Source: Octopus vulgaris
Taxonomy: Eukaryota
Direction of reading: 5' to 3'
Length of the DNA stretch: 64,000 nucleotides
Assembly: GCA_951406725.2 (NCBI GenBank)
Contig: OX597820.1
Location: 111,352,001-111,416,000 of the forward strand
The position numbers were made by a program, and so were the translations under genes. Of this stretch, positions 57,185 to 64,000 are shown in pieces; position 1 is the first letter of the stretch; each line of letters opens with the position of its first letter. The notes under the pieces are model-generated. The model had not been told where the DNA came from, searched no databases, and was given only the letters and a program-made list of their open reading frames with translations.

Positions 57185-58460
57185 TATTATCGAAGGATGA
57201 GGTGGATTGCTTACCACCATGAGAACAAGAAGAAAAATGGAACTCCAGAAACATATGAGAAAAATTATTATAAGATATTCAAAAGTAGAAAAAATCCTCC
57301 ACCTAGTCCACTATTGGAAAATTTTGAAAAAGACTTATTTGATCTAATAGCAAATGTAAAATTTAAGGAACACCCTCTTATAAAAAAACTTACATCTGAG
57401 GAAACTAAAGGAATTTATTAATTCATTGCATAACAAACCAGGCATTCTGGTCCTAGCAGATAAAACTGGAAACTTATATAGACTTGACTATACCACCCAT
57501 AGGAAACTTGTAATGAAGGAACCCAATGCTAAATATAAAATAACATCAAAAAGGAATCTATTAGACATTAATTTGAGAATCAAAGAAGTTATGTTAGAAT
57601 ACAACTTTGCTGACAGAACAGAACCCTTAAAACCAAGTGAACCTAGGATTAACCTAAAGGACCACAAGAAGAACTTCCATGATAATCCTACTGTAAGCTA
57701 ATTTGCCCGATAAGTCTGATATTGGTCGGCTTAGAAAGTCTATTCTGGACAATATTCTACCCCTTATAATTCCCAACCTAACACTAAAATTATGGATTGA
57801 TACATAAACAGTATGGATAGTAGATCTGGTGCCGATACGGACATGAAATTATTGGTATGCCTGCTGATGTAGCGGTGGTTTTAAATGATACTACAATTGG
57901 AGTTAGATAACAACAGACATGAACATAAAATACTTGATAATAGTAATATTGATAGCAAAATATTAATAATAATAATAATAATAATGATAATTTGAATCTT
58001 AATAATACTAATATTAATAATAATAATTCTCCTAGTTGCAATTGTAGAGTTAAATCTTGCTGTCCATTATTAGGCTGATGTCTTACCCAGAATGTAATAT
58101 ATAAATGTTCACTAAAAACTACAACTAATAATTTTATATATATCGGTTGTTCAATTAATATGAAACAGCGTCTATACAACCACATGTCATCCTTTAAACT
58201 TAAACATAAAGCAAATTGTACGTCATTATCCAGTAAGATTTGGGAATTGAAGAAAAGTGGAATTAGGTTTAGTCTCAAATGGGAAATAATAAGAAAAGCA
58301 CAACCTTATAGAAATAGTAGATATGGGTGTGAGCTGTGCTCTATGGAAACATGAAATTTTTAAGCAAAAAGATAAAGGCAACCTGATTAATAATCGATTA
58401 GACCTTAGGATATCATATGTACATAGTGTCACCAATACCTTTAAATATTTTAGAAAGTAG
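57185..58460 (+). mobile_element. Internally deleted Penelope-like element (RT N-terminus plus GIY-YIG endonuclease)
   Basis: ADKTGNLY and LKDHKKNFHDNP motifs, then NVIYKC..YIG..KQRLYNHMSSF..LSSKIWELK..CELC (GIY-YIG). The RT core is missing. Confidence 0.85.
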
Positions 58461-58679
58461 CACTTTATTGATCTTGTGATTTAAAACCTGTAAGAAACCT
58501 CTTAGCTTAAAATTAGTAAATAGATAGCATATTCCATAACATCAATATTCCTTAGTTACTACAGGGTATCAGTCTTTATAGATACAAGCTAAATAAGCAA
58601 ATAAACAATTTTTAGTTTTAAATACTTGAATTAATATACATTTTCTATAAATCTTCTCTATTGGTGTTACTAAGTGGTA

Positions 58680-59961
58680 CGAGGGGCGTTCAATAAGTAA
58701 TGCTTCTGACCCACTTGTAGTTATTTTATCTAGCTGAAATTTTGCATGTACAATTATTTATATCTTTATAGATTAAGTGGCAAATTACAGCTCTAAACTA
58801 ATTGTGGTTTCTGATTTACAGGTGTTTGAACTGAGTCAAGTGTGAAATGGAGCCTGTTGAGTGTCGAGCAGTGATCCGGTTTTTGTATTTGAAAGGACGC
58901 ACACCACGGGAGACTTTTGATGAAATGAAAGTAACTTATGGTGATGATGCCCCATCATGTGACCTTGTAAAACGCTGGTATCATGAATTCAAACATGGTC
59001 GGAACTCTGTGGAAACAGCTCCCAGATCTGGTCGGCCCCTTCTACCATTGATGAGGCATCTGTCTGTCATGTTGAGGCTGCCATTTTGGAAGATCGACGC
59101 ATAACTATTCGCCAAATAGCCCATGAGGTCAAGATTAATACCGGGTCTGTGGAAACTATCATTCATGACCATTTGCATATGCAAAAGCTGCCTGCCAGAT
59201 GGATTCACAGGTTGCTCACATCTTTCCAGAAGCAAGAACGTGACGATTGCTCGAGGATGAATTTGGAGATGTGCCAAGAAGATGAGTCAAAATTTTTCAA
59301 AAGACTGATTACACAGGATGAAACCTGGGTCCATCACTATGATCCATAGACCAAAGCCCAGTCAATGCAGTGGACACACCTCCTCCAAAGAAGGCAAGGG
59401 TGCAGCCCTCTGCTGGCAAGGTCACGCTTACAGTCTTCTAGGACCAGGACGGAGTACTGATGACAGATTTCCTGGCAAAGGGTGCCACAATTACAGGAGC
59501 CTATTATGCTTCACTTTTGAGGAAATTAAGAGAAGCTATCAAAATCAAGAGGCGGGGCAAGATCAGCAAAGGCATCCTCCTCTTGCAGGACAATTCTCCG
59601 GTTCACAACTCACATGTCGCCAGATCAGAAGCACAGGCGTGCGACTATGAACTCATCTCCCATCCCCCCTACTCTCCTGCCCTTGCACCCTCTGATTTTC
59701 ACCTCTTCCTAGCCATGAAGTTGTTTTTGAAAGGAAAGCGTTTTCCAGATGATGCAGCCTTGATTTTTGAAGTCACGTCGTGGTTGGAGGACCAAGCTGG
59801 GGTCTTCTACAAAAATGGTCTTCAGAGCTGCATCAAACGATGTGAGAAATGCGTAATTCTGGGTGGTTCCTATGTAGAAAAAGACTAATAACTGTGCCAA
59901 GTTTCGTTGCTCTACTGCTATGAGAAGTGGGTCAGGGGCATTACTTATTGAACGCCCCTCG
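58680..59961 (+). mobile_element. Full-length (1282 bp) mariner DD34D element with pseudogenised transposase at 58847-59888
   Basis: 37-bp TIRs CGAGGGGCGTTCAATAAGTAATGC..CTGACCCACTT (2 mismatches) with TA on both sides. QDETW, QDNSPVH and YSPALAPSD give 34-residue D-D spacing; frameshifts and stops present. Confidence 0.95.
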
Positions 59962-60230
59962 TATATATACTTCATCATGGTTTTTAGTGATTAAGCTATT
60001 TTATATCCTTTTTCTATGGTATTCTACCCTACCTGATCATTTTATTACTTTTTAATACTTTATAATTGCCTTTAGATAAACCTAAATTTTTGTACCCCTA
60101 TAAATTCATACTTACCTTATATGTAAAACAATATGGGTATCTTCACAACTTAAAATTAAATTGCTTAGATTATAATTAAATTACTATATAGTTAATTTTG
60201 TTCTTTTGCCTCAATGCTAAATCTTCTTGA

Positions 60231-60837
60231 TAAATGGAGGAGCCAAGATGATAAAATATATAAGAAGTTTATTTGTTGTTGATGATGATTGTTTCGTACA
60301 GAGATATAAATAAAAATAATGCAAATTCATGATTGAATTAAGTTACATTAGATGAATTAAATTAATTAGATATATCGGTGTACTCGTCAGTGCTGGAAGT
60401 ATAAACAGAAATACAACTAACTTGAGAAGGAAAATAGCAGAATAATTGAATATAGGAAATTTATATTTTTATCCGTGTGAGAAAGAGATCTGAAATTTCT
60501 AAATTCCATACTCATCTCTGATACCTCTTTACTTATATCTTCAAATAGCCATTATAGCCCTTAGTTATGGCTAAATATCCATCATAATTCACAACTCTTT
60601 CTCACAAGGATAAAAATATGAATCTCCTAGATTCAATTTTCCTGCTATTTTCCTTCTCAAGTTCATCATATTTTTGTTTATACTTCTTGCACTGAAGAGT
60701 ACATTGATATATCTAATTAATCTAATTTAATTTAATTCAATCATGAATTTGCATTATTATTTTTATATCTCCATAGAAAACGATCGTTTGCAAGAATTAA
60801 ACTTTTTATATATTTTAACAACTTGTCTCCTCCATTT
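60231..60837. repeat. Foldback-like element with about 250-bp imperfect inverted arms
   Basis: About 60231-60487 mirrors 60594-60837 (e.g. ATAATGCAAATTCATGATTGAATTA and TAATTCAATCATGAATTTGCATTAT); a small inner hairpin reads TAGCCAT..ATGGCTA. Confidence 0.85.
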
Positions 60838-61029
60838 TTAAATAAATTGATGAGTTTTATGGGACTTCCTGCCATAAGTTCACCATACATTATATACAAT
60901 TATTACTTCCATATTTTCACAAATTTACACCTGCAAACTACCAGCAAAGTATGAAGAATCAACATTAGAAATCTCCAAAATTTAAGGACGAATCTACATT
61001 CAACCTTTTTACACCTATATTGCTATATG

Positions 61030-61772
61030 TATGTGTGTTACACACACACATATATGTACATATCCATGAACGCACATATACCTCCCACACACCACACACA
61101 TACATATACATATACACACACACACATACACCCATGCGCACACACATATACGCGTACACACATGTGCACAAACGTACACACACACATGCACAGATACCCA
61201 TCCCACACAACTCCACACACACACAGACACACATAAACATACACACACATACTCAAGTACACGCGCATACACACAACACAATGCACACATAACCCGACAC
61301 ACATCTCCACGTTCACACACATGCACACACATATACACACGTACATACACACACACACACTAGCACAGGTTCACACTTATACCTCCAACACAATACACGT
61401 ACAGACACACACACAATTATACACACATGGGCACAAACACACGCACATACACACATAAGCACACACAAGCACACGCACACACACACAAGCACACGCACAC
61501 ACACACACAGGTACGCCTACACAAACCCCACAAAAAACCCCACACAACCTGCGTACACACGCATATACAAATTCACATACACACCCATACAAATACATAC
61601 ACACACTATATGCATACATACACACATGCACACACAAACATGCACACACGCACCCGAATGCACACATACCTAACACTCACAACCCCACACATACACGTAT
61701 ATACACCCACATACACATGCACAGATACACGCACACACAACTACACGCATACACACACAAATGAACCCACAC
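61030..61772. repeat. Degenerate (CA)n microsatellite tract
   Basis: Read directly from the sequence. Confidence 0.95.
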
Positions 61773-61774
61773 AT

Positions 61775-64000
61775 TTTCAATGGACATGTTGGACAATGTG
61801 CAGGAGGCTTCCATGGAATACATGGAGGCTATGGTTTTCGTTCCCGCAATGAGGAGGAACCAGACTGCTGGAGTTCTGCGATGCAAATGATCTTATGGTT
61901 TGCAATACCAACTTCAGGAAACCCACCCGTCACCAAGTCACCTATCATTCTGGCACACACTCTAGCCAAATTGACTATATCCTCACCAGAAAAAGGGAAA
62001 GAGGGCTGCTTATAAATGCCAAAACCTTCCCAGGCAAAGAATGTACCCCTCAACATAGATTAGTAGTTAGCGACTTCAGGATCAGGGCTAAATGGATGTC
62101 CAGAAGAAGACCTGCTTGGAGGAGAAGGGTCTGGAAACTTAAGGATCCTGCAAATGGGCAGAGATTTAGAAACGTATTACTCAAAGCCTATGATGAAATA
62201 GAAGGGGATATAGCATCACATAATGTGGAAGGCAACTGGAGGTTTCTACGGGACAATCTGCTGAGAGCCACTGACCAGATCTGTGGATGGTGCAAAGTCC
62301 CCTCTCGACCCAAGGTGACGTGGTGGTGGAACAATGTGGTTGACAGGGCTATTAGACAAAAGAAACAGGCTTGGAAGGACTGGAAGAACAGAGGTAGCAC
62401 TACTGTATCAGACTGCCAGAAGGGAAGCTAGGAGACAGGTGTATTTAGCCACAGGGGAAGCAGATAAGAAAAAATTTGCCAATGTTCTGCGCCGTGAGGA
62501 CCAAAGACTTGAGGTATTTCGTGTTGCAAGACAGTGTGTGAGAGAGAATCGTGATGTGGTAGGAGAGAAATGTGTTCGCATGGATGATGGTTCACTTGCA
62601 CTAAATGAGGATGCAAAGAGAGAAGTTTGGAGACGCCACTATGAAAGGTTGCTGAATAAAGAAAATGAATGGGATAAAGATAGTCTGCCGAATGTCAACC
62701 AAACAGAGGGACCAGCTATCCAAGTTAACAGTTCTTTGGTAGTTAAGGCAATTAGAAGCATGAAGACAGGGAAAGCCCCATGCCCATCAGGAATTACTGC
62801 AGAGATGCTCAAAATATCTGGCAGTGTCGGCTATAGCCTAAGTCACCTGTATAGTTAACCAGTCACCTGTATAGTTAACACGAAGAAGTCATGCCAAATG
62901 ACTGGTGTAGCAGCATAATAGTCAACTGCTACAAAGGTAAAGGTGACGCCCTAGATACAAATAACTACAGGGGTATCAAGCTGTTGGATCAGGTAATGAA
63001 GGTTACGGAGAGGGTCATAGCCCAACTAATTAGAGAGAGAGTTAGTTTAGATGAGATGCAGTTTGGGTTCATGCCAGGGAAAAGCACCACTGATGCCATA
63101 TTTCTGGTGAGACAGCTGCAGGAGAAATACCTAGCCAAAGATAAGCACCTGTACCTGGCTTTCGTTGACATGGAGAAAGCCTTTGACAGGGTCCCTTATC
63201 TGGTGGTCAATGAGGAAAGTAGGGATAGATGAATGGTTAGTGAGAGCTGTGCAAGCCATGTACAGGGACGCTGTAAGGATTGGCAACAGGTACACTGAAG
63301 AATTCAAGGTAGAGGTTGGGGTCCACCAAGGTTCAGTCCTCAGCCCCCTCCTATTTATCATAGTTCTCCAGGCAACAACGGAGGAATTCAAGACAGGATG
63401 CCCCTGGGAGCTCTTCTATGCTGACGACCTTACTCTAATTGCTGAGTCACTATCAGAACTGGAGGAGAAGTTTCAGGTGTGGAAGCAAGGATTAGAATCG
63501 AAGGGCCCTAGAGTCAACCTAGCTAAAACAAAGGTCCCAATAAGTAGGAAGGAAGACAAACCACAAACGCCTTCAGGCAGATGGCCCTGCTTGATTTGTA
63601 GAAGAGGCCTTGGTAGAAACTCTATAAGATGCACCAAGTGTAAGCTATGGACACATAAGTGATGCAGCAATGTCAAGGGAAGGCTAACTGGGAAAATAGT
63701 TTTTGTATGTGGCAGATGCTCAAGAGCAATAAACACTGAAAATCTGCAGAAAACAACTTCCGTCACTTTCCAGGGGGGAAAAACTAGAAGTAGTTGATAG
63801 CTCCCGTTACCTAGGTGACCAAGTCAGTAGCGGGGGTGGGTGTGCTGCAAGTGTAACTGCTTAGCCTGGGCAAAGTTCAGGGAGCTCTTACCTCTGCTGG
63901 TGACTAAAGGCCTCTCGCTCAGAGTAAAAGGCAGACTGTATGATGCATGTGTACGAACAGCCATGCTACATGGCAGTGAAACATGGGCCGTGACTGCTGA
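61775..64000 (+). mobile_element. RTE-clade LINE ORF (APE endonuclease C-half, RT, PHD-like finger), frameshifted, continuing past the window end
   Basis: FNGHVG, SQIDYIL, QHRLVV, YKGKGD..NYRGIKLL, QFGF, FVDMEKAFDRV, GVHQGSVLSPLLF and YADDL motifs. Confidence 0.93.

Overview
AT-rich, microsatellite- and transposon-dense animal genomic DNA; the SINE/LINE repertoire suggests an octopus-like cephalopod (inference). One host gene is visible: a + strand macroH2A histone variant (H2A fold, basic linker, macrodomain). Its coding exons lie at 4916-5022, 8759-9049, 10180-10281, 12338-12428, 14256-14342, 41691-41865 and 44045-44204; the first coding exon is upstream of the window. The main discovery is a second, diverged but intact paralogous copy of the penultimate macrodomain exon at 23293-23470, missed by the ORF track. 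It has the same splice phases as 41691-41865, so the two look like a mutually exclusive pair. One keeps the ADP-ribose phosphate-binding loop (AFPSVGSGR) and the other replaces it (AIPLLAGTV). This would give ADP-ribose-binding and non-binding isoforms through a different exon than the vertebrate macroH2A1.1/1.2 switch. The gene also has a recent partial exon duplicate with a destroyed donor and a candidate 33-nt micro-exon. The rest is tRNA-derived SINEs (including head-to-tail arrays), RTE, R4/Dong-like and Penelope-like retroelements (one with a minimal hammerhead-like motif), a compact LTR retrotransposon, mariner/Tc1 relics and several long hairpin elements.
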